In this document: positions 35,101-48,596 of the stretch, one piece after another
Layout of the letters: the number at the start of each line of letters is the position of its first letter
How positions within the stretch are numbered: position 1 is the first letter of the stretch
DNA from: Selaginella moellendorffii
Lineage: Eukaryota > Plantae > Lycopodiophyta
DNA length: 64,000 nucleotides
NCBI RefSeq assembly: GCF_000143415.4
Contig: NW_003314291.1
Location: 469,316 to 533,315 of the forward strand
Direction of reading: 5' to 3'
Position numbers and translations under genes: made by a program
Notes under the pieces: model-generated
What the model was told of the DNA's origin: nothing
Databases searched by the model: none
The model's input: the letters and a program-made list of their open reading frames with translations, nothing else

Positions 35101-38100
35101 ATTGATATTGAAGATGTTGGTCCCTTGTTGGGTTTGCATTGGGATATATCAATCATTGGTGATTCTTCTTGTGCTTGTTATGAAATGAGTTACGTCTTGC
35201 TATAGATGAATTCATGGAGGATCGTTTGGTGATTACTTGTCGAGCATAGCTTCGTTATGCTTAGCTTTTGGATTGATGCACATATGCTCTTCATTAGCTT
35301 TGCATTATGAAGTTTATCTTATGGATGTGTTAAGGAAAATATTGTGGGTTGCACCATGATTTCTTCTTAGCATTGAAGTTAGTTCATGCGAGACTTGTGA
35401 TCATTGTTAGGAAAGACTTGGCTATAGACTTCTTCGAGCTTATGGTTCTTTGAGTTTTATGCTTATTGTTCCATTTGTTAGAAGTTGTTGGGGAAGGCAT
35501 TTTGGCTCCTAGCTTCAATGTTGAAGTTAGTATTTGCATATGGCAATCATTGGTGATGATTGACTATCATTTAATATAGTTGATTATCCTTGTCAAGGGT
35601 TTTGCTTGATTATTGTTGGTATAGAATGATTTGCTGTTCTTCGGGATAGTAGATTCTTTCTTCGATGATGATTATGCATTTCTCTATTGATAGGATGATT
35701 GATGATCTTTTATGGTAGTTAGTTGTTCTCTTTGATGGCTTGTGGCTTTTCGCAATATCACATGTTCTTTGTGATTTGCTCTGGATTGGTCTCTTGGGTT
35801 TGACACATCAGTAGGATGTTGCTGACACTTGCTTCGGCAACTGGTATTGTTGGCTGGGATCTATTCAGATTAGCTTTTGTGATAGTTGGCAGGAATGAGT
35901 GTTTGTTGGTCTTACCACATTCATTCTCTTCTATTGATTGTTGCTCAAGTTAGTTTTGATAGATTTGGATGTTATTTCCTTTGGGTGATACATTCGCGAG
36001 CATTTTGCTTATCAGTCAATGATACTTTGTGTTCTTTGAGTTGTCTTTCGTAAGTTGTTTGGTATTCTATCTGCAATCTTTAATAGTTAAACTTTATCAT
36101 TGAGTTTATTTGATGATATACTTGCTATTGAATTTTGTTTGATGGTGAATCCTATGTTTACCAATTATGATGATCTTGGTCGTTCCTATACTATACTTCT
36201 AGTTTATCGGATGATAACTTATTTGGAATACTTTTGTGTTCTAATCTAAGGTATATTCACTGATAATTAAGACTCTAAGATATCATTGTCTTGACTTTGA
36301 TATTGTCCATCTATTGATCTTTGAGTTTGGGCCAGTATAGGCAGACTGGCTTCGGCACTTCGTGTGCATGTTGAAATCTCTAGTCATGGGGTAGCTACTG
36401 TCGACTGGTCACATAACCCGCCTCTCTGTCGATGTTCCTTGTTCCGTTGAAAGGGCGTGACTGTGTAAACAACTCTAACTGCCTGTTTACAGTAGTCTAT
36501 CTAAACCTTACCGACGGGTTTGGTTTCTTTGCTCAGGAGGGTTGGGGCCTCTGGCTTCTCTCTCTATGTTCCTGCGGGCAGGGCATATCACACTTTTGTA
36601 AGCTGGGTGACTCCCAGAGCAGCAAGGGTGGCTGACTCCATTGGTCATTTCCTTGTCGGCGACGGCCGGAAGGTGTCTGAGCTGGTAGCGCATCCGCGTT
36701 AGACAAAGAGGTTACCCCTAACTCATTTAAGTTGGTGCATTTCTCACATAGTGTGAGTACCGTGAACTTTTTCTGGAGTTGTTTCCTTGGCGGTATTCTA
36801 GACTCGAGTATGCATCGATGAGGACGTCGATCTTCCCAAGGGGGGGAGAGTGTCGCGAATGTGACTTCAGGTATCGAAAGTTACTTGTCGGCTAGTCCTT
36901 ACGGACACTCTTACCTTACTGCCACGATGGCAGGAGGTCGGTATTGCTGGGCCCGTTATTAGTCTCCGCCTAAGCTAGTTGAGAAACTGGTCTTCACGTG
37001 TGCACTTGACCAGATGGGCATAAGGACGGAATTCCTACGTGCTATTTGTCAAGCATACTTGACCTGGTTAGAGAAACTCATTCGTTGACTTGCACTTGCT
37101 AGTGTTGGGAACCCCCGCGATATTGAGCTTGGTCCCTCAATATCGCTAGATGATAGCTTACCGTGTCTGCCAAACACCCTCGCTATCATGCCCTTTGTGT
37201 TAGTCTCATTTCGGTCCCAAATGCTATTTATGGAAAGTGTCCAGATTTGCTCATTTGGCATATCTACGGAATGTAGAGATTGTCCTGAACACAATGGTGT
37301 TCATCCCGTGTCCAAATTCGCAATCTAAGGACATTCCATATTTAGTAAGTTTCGAGCTTGTCCCAGAGACTAACTCCTGATACTAAGGGAGGCTTGGGGT
37401 GAAAGCCCAAAGCGTGTGTTCCTCAAGGGGGGGGGGGCTGTGGGGGGTTCCAAATGTATAGTAGGGATAGTGGGTAGGTCGGGCATGGCCGACCAACCTG
37501 AGGCATAGTCTAGCTCCCGCTTGCGTGCCTGTCCTTGTTCTGCGTCCGGCTTGGGTCTATGCCCAAGTTCCATTCCATGCTAGTTGGTGGAGTACCCATA
37601 TCCTCACGTTAGGCCACCGGTATGCCGAAATAGCGCCAGACTCCATTTGGCTCCGTTTTGCGTGCTGGTTCTGGCATTGGGATGCTGGTTGCTCCAGGAC
37701 TGTTCCAAGTCGCTCCGGGCCCCTGTCCCTTCGCTCCTTGGGCTTTATGCTCGGGAGTTGCTCCGTGGTTCGGTTCCGTCACTCCTTGGCTCCATGCTTG
37801 GGAGTTTGGCACCGTTCCTTCGTTCAGTGGCCCAAGGCCTTGAACTTCGGGTTCCTATGACACGTGGCATGTGACACGTGGCATCTGTCACGTGGCACAA
37901 AGAGGGTTTAGGTTCCGCTTCGTGGTGTTATCCTATGGTAAATCACCATAGGATAAAGGGTCAAAACCACGTGTGCTACACTGAGATTCATTAAACCTTA
38001 TTCTTTGTTGGAGATCATGGTTTAGAGTTCCGATTCACTAGACAAGGTTGTGTGATTTTGGAAGAGAACATAAATAAAATTATGGTGTGAGGTGAGTGTT

Positions 38101-38240
38101 ATGCTGGGCTATATAAATTGGATGCAAAAGTACTCATGAAAAATCAAGCATTGATAGTGAGTACTAGCAATCCTTTGTAGTTGTGGCATGAATGCTTTAG
38201 GTACCCTCATAAGAGAGCAGTGAAGTAAGTTATACAATTA
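29184..38240 (+). mobile_element. Truncated, degenerate Ty1/copia retrotransposon (5' LTR, PBS, gag, protease, GAG-pre-integrase), split by the LARD insertion
   Basis: LTR about 29184-29434; PBS TGGTATCAGAGC at 29435; gag YSGQDFENW; protease LDSGATMHMTP..IGD..VIGVG..HVPE continues after 37985 to GLYKL and LWHECF. Confidence 0.85.
30757..37980 (+). mobile_element. Young non-autonomous LTR retrotransposon (LARD-like, gypsy-derived), 7.2 kb
   Basis: LTRs 30757-31885 and 36851-37980 (TG..CA; about 6 substitutions and 1 indel by eye); TSD CTGAG; PBS TGGTATCAGAG at 31888; PPT 36838-36850; no ORF longer than about 105 aa in the 5-kb interior. Confidence 0.95.
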
Positions 38241-38289
38241 ACTCACTAAAAGATGAAGCCTACTATCTCTACAGGCTGTTCATTGGAGT

Positions 38290-39125
38290 TTTGTCTTGTG
38301 GCAAGGTTCATGCATACCCATGTGATTGTTCATGTGACATTTGCACATTAGATTGCACAACTCAGCTATTATACAAAATCTTTTATGTGAACATGGGGAG
38401 GACAAGTCCAAAGCCAAATGCTTGCATCGAGAATGTCAACATTGCAATGTCAACAATTTTAGTGTCTGCCCAAAGGAAGAGACAGATACAGGAGGACATA
38501 TTCAACATTTGAATATGTAAACAATAGAGGCTTAAAGAAATCTTGATTGCAATTAGTGCTTCAACAAGGTTCTACAAAAGAGCTCATTAGCATTTTTCAT
38601 AATTACCTGGACAAGTACATCATGCATTCCTTTTTTCATTAGTGGCAAAGTACAAAATATACAAATCTGCTACATAATATACCTCTGAACATAGTCATCT
38701 TGGTTATGGATTTCGCTGAAAATTATAGTATTGCTACCAATAATGAACCACAATTGTGTCATTGGGCAAAGCAACAAATTACACTATTCATGGTCATCTT
38801 CTATTTCTCATTGAGCCTCCTACCTAGTAATTAATAATCATAATAACTAGGCATTTGGTAAGCATAAGGAGGTACATGTTTTTCTTTTGGATGACTTAAA
38901 GCATGATACACACTTTGTTATGGACTATTTAAATATGCATTTATAGTGGCTGAAGACGGAGTATTTCAATGTGAATCAACATATTTTTTAGTTAGATGGC
39001 CCTTTCAACCAATTTTGCAACACTTGGATGTTGTAGTACCTTCCAAGCTACAAGTCAACTATTGGGATACATGTTTCATTTTTTTTTATTTTTTTTTGGG
39101 CATAGGAAAAGTGAACATAACTCTT
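38290..39125 (+). mobile_element. Degenerate DDE transposase remnant, Sola2-like (family assignment tentative)
   Basis: VMDFAENY..EPQLCHW..QITL, FLLDDLKHDTHFV, LDG..NQF and GHRKSEHN, matching the DFxENY / SDG..QxK / GHGKGxxDG pattern. Confidence 0.6.
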
Positions 39126-39266
39126 TTTTTAGTGTTTTTAAGATGCATATCTATTCAAAACAATTGAAACATGCTTCACCAATTTTTAGATGTGCACAAG
39201 ATGTTGTACAATTTAGCAATTAAACATTCAGCAAGTAGCGACCAATCACTTTTTCATCACACTAGT

Positions 39267-40137
39267 TGTAACAAACCCCAAGTAAAGACCCTCAAAAATA
39301 AATAATTGCCTTTTTGTCTATTTGAATAAGAGTCACTCATATATTCTAAGTTAAATGCTAGTGCATAAGTAGACATAGAACTAGGATAGGTGACAGCCAA
39401 TACAAAGGGTTTAAGGGATAACACTTTAGGTGATGGTTTTCTTACAACTTAATATCAAAGCCTAACTTTAGCTTAACATAAAAGTGTTAGGCCCACAAGT
39501 TTTTTTTGGGCTTAAACTGAGGTGGTGAGTAGCAGAGGTTGGTGGGCCACAAGGTCTAAGATGAAAATGATGAAGGAGTTCCCGGGTAGGGCGAGCATGT
39601 TCTTGCCCAGAATGGGTGATCCAGGTGTTATCTTGGCAAGTGCGTTTTGGAGGGAATGAGCGAGCCTATGCCCATGGAACAGCCTTAATAGGCTGTGGCG
39701 AGACTGTTAATGAACACATGGAAAAATGTTATTCGAGGATGAGAGGGTTCTCCAGAATTGGCAGTTGGTAGCCTGGTTCTCCAGAACCTGGCAGCTGGCA
39801 GCTGGCAGCTGGCAGCTGGGTTTTGGAGAACCTGGCAGTTGTCAGCCACGTTTTTGTAGAGAACCTGACTCAATTCGACAGCTGCCAACAGTTGGATCAA
39901 TTTAATGGGCGAGCCACAACCCGTTAAGGGCCGATATGAGATGGGGTAGTGAAGTTGCTATCTGTAATAGAATTGTAATAAACCTTACGTGAAGGCTCTT
40001 AAAAACAAATAATTGCCCTTTTGTCCATATGAGTAAAAGTCATTTATATATTTTAAGTTAAATACTAATGCATAAGCATATTTCAACTATAGTGTAGAAA
40101 ACTAAAAGATAATACTTGAGGTGGTGGTTTTGTTACA
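39267..40137 (+). mobile_element. Second TRIM-like element (871 bp)
   Basis: TSD CTAGT; diverged LTRs 39267-39446 and 39974-40137 with TGTAA..TTACA ends; decayed PBS taatatcaaagc after the 5' LTR. Confidence 0.8.
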
Positions 40138-42973
40138 CTAGTTACCAATACAATAAATCTTTTGATATGTGAGTAGTGTTAATGAGGATGCAACTCTCAA
40201 CTCTATATAAAACAATATTTTTGTTGGTGGAGTTCTATTAATTAGATGTACTAACATGTCGAGGGCTATTTTTTGTCATGTTATTGTGAGAATTGCAACA
40301 ATGATCTCTTATATTTCCATGAAAATTATTTTGGTTAATGACAAGTTTTCAACTTTTGTTTTTTTTGCAAAAGTAGAAGTTCTTAAAGATAGTGATGCTA
40401 ACTTGGAGGTTTGAGGAATAACACAAGGTTTTACATGTGTCTTTGGTGACTATTTTGCAATTATTTTTGAGACAACCATGCAAACAAAGAGTTATTTTGA
40501 CTTCTTTATACACTAAATAGTGTGAACAACATCTTGAAGGTGTAACAAATATTTAGGGGAATGACATTAAAGAAGGAGAATGGGTTGTTTGAGGCATTTG
40601 GTGTGAGCAATTAAGATTAATGAACTCCTGCTAAACAATCTCATCTAGAACACAACTAACTCAATTTGCCACTCAGTTTGTTTGAATGCCAACATAATTA
40701 TTAATTAGCAAATGCATGAATGCTAGTAACACAAAGTTACAACCAAATCATTAACACTATCTCCATCGAGATTAATGAAACTCAATATCAATCATATGGA
40801 GAGACATCTCATTTCACTTGTATTTCAACATCAACAATATCAACAATAGGGTATTATTTCAATGCTATCAACACCATAATAAAGTTAATAAAAAGCAAGA
40901 GTGAATCACCACTCAAAACTCTTTAACAACCAAGCTAACTAGAGTTTAATATACCTTAATCAGTATCTAAGACCAATCCTTTAACAATACTCAGTTTTAG
41001 ATAACACATCAGCAAGGAGTGAATCACCACATCCAAGACTCAATGTAATCTAACATTACAAACTAAATGCAACCAAATGATATCAACAAAGGTGGAATCG
41101 ATATGCCAACATGGAAAAACGATACAAGCTTATAACACAATCTTTTATGACATCATTCGGTAAAGCAAGCCCATCACTATTAAATCATCATCGAGTGAAG
41201 TAAATCAAGAGTCCTTAACAAAGTTTACAAGCAATCACTAATCGTAAAGCAAACAACAATCACCCTTTAACTTGCTTTCATAAGACTCAAACACTAAACT
41301 CATATCATAGAGTCATATACTTGTTCAATAGAATGTAATACCTCAGATATGAGATAAAGGTTCATGAACAAGCATGAACTAAATGACTACTCAAATCCAA
41401 CTTAATTGCATTAAGCTCACCAACACATCTAGCCAATAGATTTAAGCATGCTTTGAAGAGGTTAACTATGCATGATCAATGCTTAGTTGAAACTAAAGTG
41501 AAAACCATGAGATGGATTCATAATGGTACACAACCTCCATTTAGACAAAGTTATAGTATGGGTACTAACATCTCAACCTTAAACAATTAAGTTAAGTTGA
41601 ACATCACCATACTCAGCCAAGGTGTAGAGCCACCAAAACTAAATTAGAATCAGTGAGAGTTCATTACTTTTATAGAGTTTAATGAAATGTAAAGTGCAAT
41701 CTACCACTTAGCATAACACTATAAAAGAAAGGCATAAGGGTCGCTTTTTTAGAAAAGTGCAATGACCACTTTTCTACACCAATTCCAGACTTTATCCAAC
41801 TCAATTACTTTAGCCCCAAAAATTAACATCTCTTTCAGGTCGCATCATACAAGTTAACTCCAACCTTTTCACTAGTTTGTACTGAGTTACGAAAGCATAA
41901 TGGTTTTTGAGTAAAATGATCTATTGATAAAACCTATGAAAATTTGTGGAAAAATTTTCCATCCTAAAGAAAGAATGACTTTCAGTCTAGGAGTACAAAT
42001 TCTCACGACTCAATCAACTTCCTCCTATGAACAATTTCACATAGGTTCATCTCAATACAAATTCTCATGACTCAATAGTATGTCTAAGAATTGAACATCT
42101 TACCCATTTTTCCAACATGTAACATTGATATCTGCAAAATGTAAAATGAACATCCAAAGCTTGATCATGAAGACTACATCTTCGGATATCTACATTGCAC
42201 TAACACTCTTCTTCAATCACCTTTAAAATCTAATGTGAAGCCAAAACACTAACAAAAAAATGATATGAAAAATTAAGGTCTAAAAAAAATTCCTCATCAC
42301 TTGAAATAACAATGCCATTTCCATTAACACAAGTGCTAGCGATGTTAATGCCTCAATTACACACTTTCTCCATCCAACAATTTACTCTAAATGCTAACAG
42401 ATAAACCAACAAGCCATAGCAAATGAATGCTATAACCCTTTTTAACACCTTAATGGGCAACCCTCAAGGAAACAAGATACCAACTTAAACTTAGCATAAT
42501 AGATCACTATTAAAAATCTAATCAAAGCTAATACAATGCCACTATATGCAAGTAGACTAGCTTCACTATCAACCACTTTATTTGACCAAACAACTTCGTA
42601 AACACATTGCTTATTATCACATGGATATGATATAAGTATCACAATGACTTGATCATCAGTTGAGTAACACAATGAGCAATGTCTATATCATCACTTCAAA
42701 GGTTTATATAAGTATCAAGTGTTAACTCGATTCGACAAAATGTAATATAAATGCCATACCCCACCGATAGAAATTTATAACATTGAATACTACCAACTTT
42801 TGTTTACAACATAGACAAGCTTATGCCACTCTTTTTTTGACCAAACTCAAAACTAATTCAACACCAAGTTACTTAAGGAGCAATAGCAAGGTTCCCCGGA
42901 AAAAAAATTGAGCATTGTAACCCAAGCCTTCCAATAGTAAGCCTAGACAAAATGGTTTAGCACTTCACCGTTA

Positions 42974-43133
42974 TGTAAGCTTCTGAATTTGGACTCCCAA
43001 GGACACTTAACCTTAAATATCCCAAGACCCTTAACCGATTGGAAAAGGGAATGCACTTTTGTTCATGGGCCTTTTCCCTTTATATTTGAACCCTATGGAT
43101 CATCTCTCAAATCGTTCTCTTTGGTTGCTTATA
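42974..43133. mobile_element. Solo LTR (160 bp) inserted in the old LARD copy
   Basis: Ends TGTAAGC..GCTTATA; TSD CGTTA; the equivalent site in the young copy (about 32625) is empty. Confidence 0.8.
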
Positions 43134-46100
43134 CGTTATCCATCCCATGACTCACCACTTGTAAAACCATTATAATCAACATGCATCAAGATAGGGACTC
43201 TTGATTGCATAATGTAAATATGGGCAATGAGTTATACTTCATTGTGAATTATCTCTCCAAGAAGAGAAGATAATTTACGTGTTTGATCTTTCATCCCTGA
43301 CGACTTTCTTTTCGATCTCATCTTTGACTAAATGTTAAGCTTGTGTTTGCACCACTTCCAATCTAATCCAAGAAAAGTTTATGAGAGAGCAATAGATTAC
43401 TTAAACCAATAGACTAATCTCTATAATCTTGATTGATCCACTCATAATCATGCATAAGAAGGATCCACTAGTGTCATGCTAAACAGTTATGGACAAACAT
43501 ATTTTTCACTCATAGCAAACTTAGGGGAGGTTTACTTTCACCCATGGTACTTGGAAACACTCATGAAACCATTGATAGGCTAACATAAATTATGCTAACT
43601 CAAAGTGTAACCTCGAGTTGTTAATGTATCTCACTCACGAGCCCAAACGCAAACTCGTGCAAAATGGTACATCTCAAATCCATCTTGCTAACTCAAAATG
43701 TAATCTTGAATTACTAATGTGCCTCACTCATGAGCCCAAGCACAAACTTGTGCAAACGGAACATCTCTCATTTATCTTATGAGCCCAAGAGCAAGTTCAT
43801 AAAATACGGTACAAAAAGGTAACTAAAATCCATACATAAGGAATGAATATGAAGCTTTAGCACCAAAACATATACCCACTTAGATCATCATTTTTATCTT
43901 TGCATATGTAACGAGACTAATTGCCCAATCTCATTGGATAGTACTTACTGGGACTCATCTTCTAATACCAAATGTAGTGCATGTGGTTTTTACTCTTTAC
44001 AGTGGTGTGGAACCCGAGTTTCAGAGCCTTATGCCACTAAATGAAAGAACAAAGCCAAACTTTTAAACATGGAGCCAAGGAGTAAAGGCACTAAAGCATA
44101 TAATGACTTCTGAGCGTACAACCTAAAAAGTGAAGGGACAAGAGTGCAAAATGACTTGGAACAGTCCTAAAGCATCCAGCATTTCAATGCTATAATTAGC
44201 ATATAAAACAAAGCCAAACAGAATCTGATATTATTTCAGCATAATTGGTAGTTTAATGCGAAGATATGGGTACTCACCAATTAACATAGTCTGGGACTTG
44301 GGCTTAGACCCAAGCCAGATGCATAACAAGAATAAGCATACAAGTAGGAGCTAGATTATGCCTCAAGTTAGTTGTGACCTACCCAATATTGCTCCTACTA
44401 TCTAATAAAATCTATATTAGACCATCATAGAACACGCTTTTCAACATTAAATTTGATGCATAAGTGTCTTCAATCTCTACTTTATCTCACACACAGTTAA
44501 GTTGATGAGCAACAATTAAAATCCTCTTCTTTCGACTGGAACAATATTTTGTGTCATCCTCATGCTATAAATTTTGCAACTTTTTAGTATCTAACATACC
44601 ATCATTAGAAGATTGACAATTCTTTTTGTTCTATTACTTGTTCTTTAGTTGTGGACAATCAATTTGTAATATTCAAACTTGCCATAATAATGACAACCTT
44701 GTTTATAATTATTTACAAAAAAAAATTGTTTTTTCAACCCTTTTGCATCTGAAGTAGCTATTGTAGACTTCAATTTGTGATATTATTCCTATCCTTGTGT
44801 CCATAATAATCATTATAATGATTCTCAACTAAAGAACTCAAATGTTTGCAAAACTTATGCTTCTCATTATCAAGTCAACAAGCTATATCAAAGACCTCTT
44901 CCAAACTCTTTGTAAATTGGGAATGCAAGTGTTGTTTCATACTTTCACTGTGAAAGCCATCAATGAAGTAGGATTTATTTTGATCTAAATCCTTTATTAA
45001 AATAAAGTTATTTAAGTGAATAAACTTCTCAATATAGTCTTTGAGTATCATTTTCCCTTGCTGAAAATGTTGAAATTCCTCACATCATAGTGAGGGGTAA
45101 AATGTAGATAAAACTTAAACTCATCTATAACAGACACTAGTGGTTTTTTATCTACAATATAAGGCTCCTTGGTTGAGTCAAATAATCCACAAAATTGCTA
45201 GGGTTTTGGGTAAGCAAAGTTTGCATCTTTTGCCTACAATGCAATGATGTAGGTATTGCATCCATCAATGTGACTACCTACAAATCCTATACAACTACTT
45301 AGAGCCAAATGACAGCTTATGAATATTGCCTCTTTGTAAATTTATTTAGAATGGTTGGCTTATTTCATTTTTGTCTATGAGAATTTTTCTTTGAGTGGTT
45401 GAGGAGCTTATCAATCTTATCATGGCACAAGTTTTGGGTGGATATGGGCACTACTATATATCAATTTTTCTCCTTGGCAATGGAAGTTTTTTTTTTTTTT
45501 TTAATTGTTACAAAGAAAGAGAGAGAGAGAGTAAGGAAAATCTAAATAATGTTGGCATTAGCTATCATTTTTGCAAGCTCATTGAGATAAGTTTGTGGCT
45601 AATATGGATAAAACTTTTCTTATGTTGATTCAATGGTGTAGACATGTATGAATATGAGCAATTCTTCTTTTACTTTTTGTTGGTCAGGTATTAGTTTTTT
45701 AAAACTTAGCGTTCTAATTATATTTATATTTCCAAGTAATACTTTTGCATTTATTAATAAATATTTATTAATAACAATTCTACTTTTTCTTGAAAATTTA
45801 TTAGGGTTCCCAATCTAAATCCTGGGTTTTTAATTATATTCCAAGTTGAAAGCGACCAACAGCCTAGCAAATATTGGGTATATACACAATCAATAATTTT
45901 ATACAATATTTTTGCCCTTGTGAACTTGTGAATATACCACATGTAACAATAAAATTTGTAATTACTTTAATGGCAAAACTAAATAAAGTTAAATTTAAAA
46001 ATCTGATATACTGTATATGGGCTTTGTCCGCGCGAGTTCGAATCTCTCAGGCGACGCTAGGTTTTTATTTACTCGAATGGCGCATATTCTTCTAGATCCG

Positions 46101-46146
46101 TTTTGATCTTCACGAGTATTTCTTCGCCCTACTCATCTATCTCTCC

Positions 46147-48596
46147 ATGGCGCACAGGCATCGCATCGCAAGGCTGCTGCGATGGAAATGGCGGCACGCT
46201 GGACCTGCGATGGCTCTTGTAAGTCGCTGCCAGGAATCCTCCAGCTCGTGGATTGAATTGCGGGAGTTTTGGCTCGGGAGGATTGGCCAGGGATCGCGAT
46301 TTCCATCTCTTTCTCCATCGAGGGGCTATTCCATGGCTTCTGCGTCCACACAACCGCAAGAGAGTGAGAATGTGATGGCCGTGGACATGGGGCTAAACAT
46401 TCTCAAGAACGGCGTGGATGTCAAGAGCGATGCTTTCCACGCAAATCGCAAGGCTATGGAAAGACTCGTCTCCGAGCTTCGTGAGAATGTCCGCAAGGTA
46501 CTGCTGATCTTTCTCTCGACGTTCTCTACATTTTTTTCTATCTCTTTGTTTTTTCTTTGTTGAAAGGTTTGCAATGACAGGGACCCGAAGACTCTCAGCC
46601 GCCATAGCGCAAGAAACAAGCTCCTGCCGCGAGAACGAATCGACCAACTTTTGGATGCTGGATCGCCTTTCATCGAATTGTCCCAGGTGATAACAGTGTC
46701 ACAGTTTTACTTCCTTTTCCTCTGATAAAATGTGACAAACTCTTGTGAGCAGCTAGCGGGATTCGACATGTATGACGAGCAAGTTCCTTCTGGAGGGATT
46801 GTCACAGGGATTGGATCGATCCACGGCCGGCTGTGTATGCTCGTCGCCAATGATCCAACAGTAAAAGGTGGAACTTACTATCCTATCACGGTAAAGAAGC
46901 ACCTTCGAGCTCAAGAGATCGCAGCTCAATGCAGCCTCCCTTGTATATATCTTGTGGACAGTGGAGGCGCAAATCTCCCCCGGCAAGCCGACGTTTTCCC
47001 GGATAGAGATCACTTTGGCAGGATTTTCTACAACCAAGCACGGATGTCCGAGGCTGGAATACCTCAGATAGCGCTTGTTCTGGGCTCGTGTACAGCAGGT
47101 GGTGCTTACGTTCCAGCCATGGCCGATGAGAGTGTCATTGTGAAAGAAAATGGGACGATTTTTCTTGCTGGACCTCCCCTTGTCAAGGTACGGCTTCGTT
47201 CCTTTGTGGCTTCGTGGCTTTGTTCTCGTGCTGCTTTTGTTTTTGTTTTTCTGGCTTTTCCGTTTTCGTTTCTTTAACTTTCTTTCTGTGTGCTTTCTCA
47301 GGCTGCGACCGGAGAGGAAGTCTCTGCTGAAAATCTCGGAGGAGCCGATTTGCACTGTAAAGTATCAGGAGTAGCCGACCACTTTGCGAAAGGTAAGGAT
47401 CTTTCAGTTCGAATGTTTGCTCACAGTTTTTATGTTCACAGATGAGCTACATGCTCTTGGAATTGGTCGAAAGATTGTCCGGAATTTACATCTTGCTGCG
47501 TCAACTCCCAACGTAAAGCTGGACGAAGACGCTGTCGTAAGGGAACCATNNNNNNNNNNNNNNNNNNNNNNNNNNNNNNNNNNNNNNNNNNNNNNNNNNN
47601 NNNNNNNNNNNNNNNNNNNNNNNNNNNNNNNNNNNNNNNNNNNNNNNNNNNNNNNNNNNNNNNAGCTATATGGAAGTGTAAGCTTTTTCGAATTTGTCTT
47701 CCTTCAAAACTTACTGATCTCAATCTTCCAGACGCTGGTCACAGGATTTGCAAAGATTCATGGACAGTCCGTTGGGATTCTGGGAAACAATGGAATTCTT
47801 TTCACGGAGTCAGCCTTGAAAGGTGCTCACTTCATTCAGCTCTGTGCTCAACGCCACATTCCGCTACTATTTCTTCAGAATATCACTGGCTTCATGGTTC
47901 GTATCAACGAACATATCCTTCTATCCATTTCATGTGATTTTATTTGTGATAATTCTAGGTGGGATCCAAATCCGAGGCTAGTGGTATTGCCAAAGCGGGT
48001 GCCAAAATGGTCATGGCTGTTGCTTGTGCCAAGGTTGCTTTGAAAAACTTTAGATAATAGTTTCTTACCTGTTTGAAACTTTTCTAGGTGCCCAAAATTA
48101 CTGTGATAGTCGGAGGGAGCTACGGCGCCGGGAACTATGGAATGTGCGGACGTGCTTACAGTCCCAACTTCCTTTTTCTGTGGCCAAACGCTAGGATCTC
48201 GGTCATGGGAGGCAGCCAGGTATGTTTCTTCATATAGTTTTAAAGAGTTCCTTGAGTCAGCGTGAGTTTTTATCCGATCAGGCAGCAGGAGTTCTCGTGC
48301 AGATTGAGAAGGAGCAACGCTCTAGGAAAGGAAATCCAGTAAGTGTTTCTCGTGAGCATTTCTTTTCTTGTATGATGGTGGCTCTCTTGCAGTGGAGCAA
48401 GGAAGAGGAGGAGCTTTTTAAATCCAAGACTGTAGAGTCTTACGAGCGAGAGGCCAATCCTTATTATGCGACTGCCAGGCTTTGGGACGATGGTGTGATT
48501 GATCCCGCGGACACGAGACAAGTTGTAGGACTGTGTCTCAAGGCCGCATCTCAAAGCTCTCCACAAACTTCTAAGTACGGAGTTTTTCGGATGTAA
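46147..48596 (+). CDS. MCCB: Methylcrotonoyl-CoA carboxylase beta chain, mitochondrial; multi-exon, spans an assembly gap
   Basis: [90 protein letters not shown]-terminal YGVFRM. Confidence 0.96.
47550..47663. other. Assembly gap (N run) inside MCCB
   Basis: 114 N bases. Confidence 1.

Larger units (their letters stand above)
24785..44400 (-). mobile_element. Old LARD-like LTR element of the same family as 30757-37980, interrupted by several insertions
   Basis: 3' LTR 24785-25803 with PPT complement at 25804; internal pieces 25804-26826, 28403-29185 and about 40617-43970 are colinear reverse complements of 31886-36850; PBS complement at 43961-43970; truncated 5' LTR from 43973. Confidence 0.88.

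Noticed and set aside
44880-45330. Possible PIF/Harbinger transposase remnant (CIG..HIDG) on the minus strand
   Set aside because: A single weak motif among many stops, with no TIR or TSD found.
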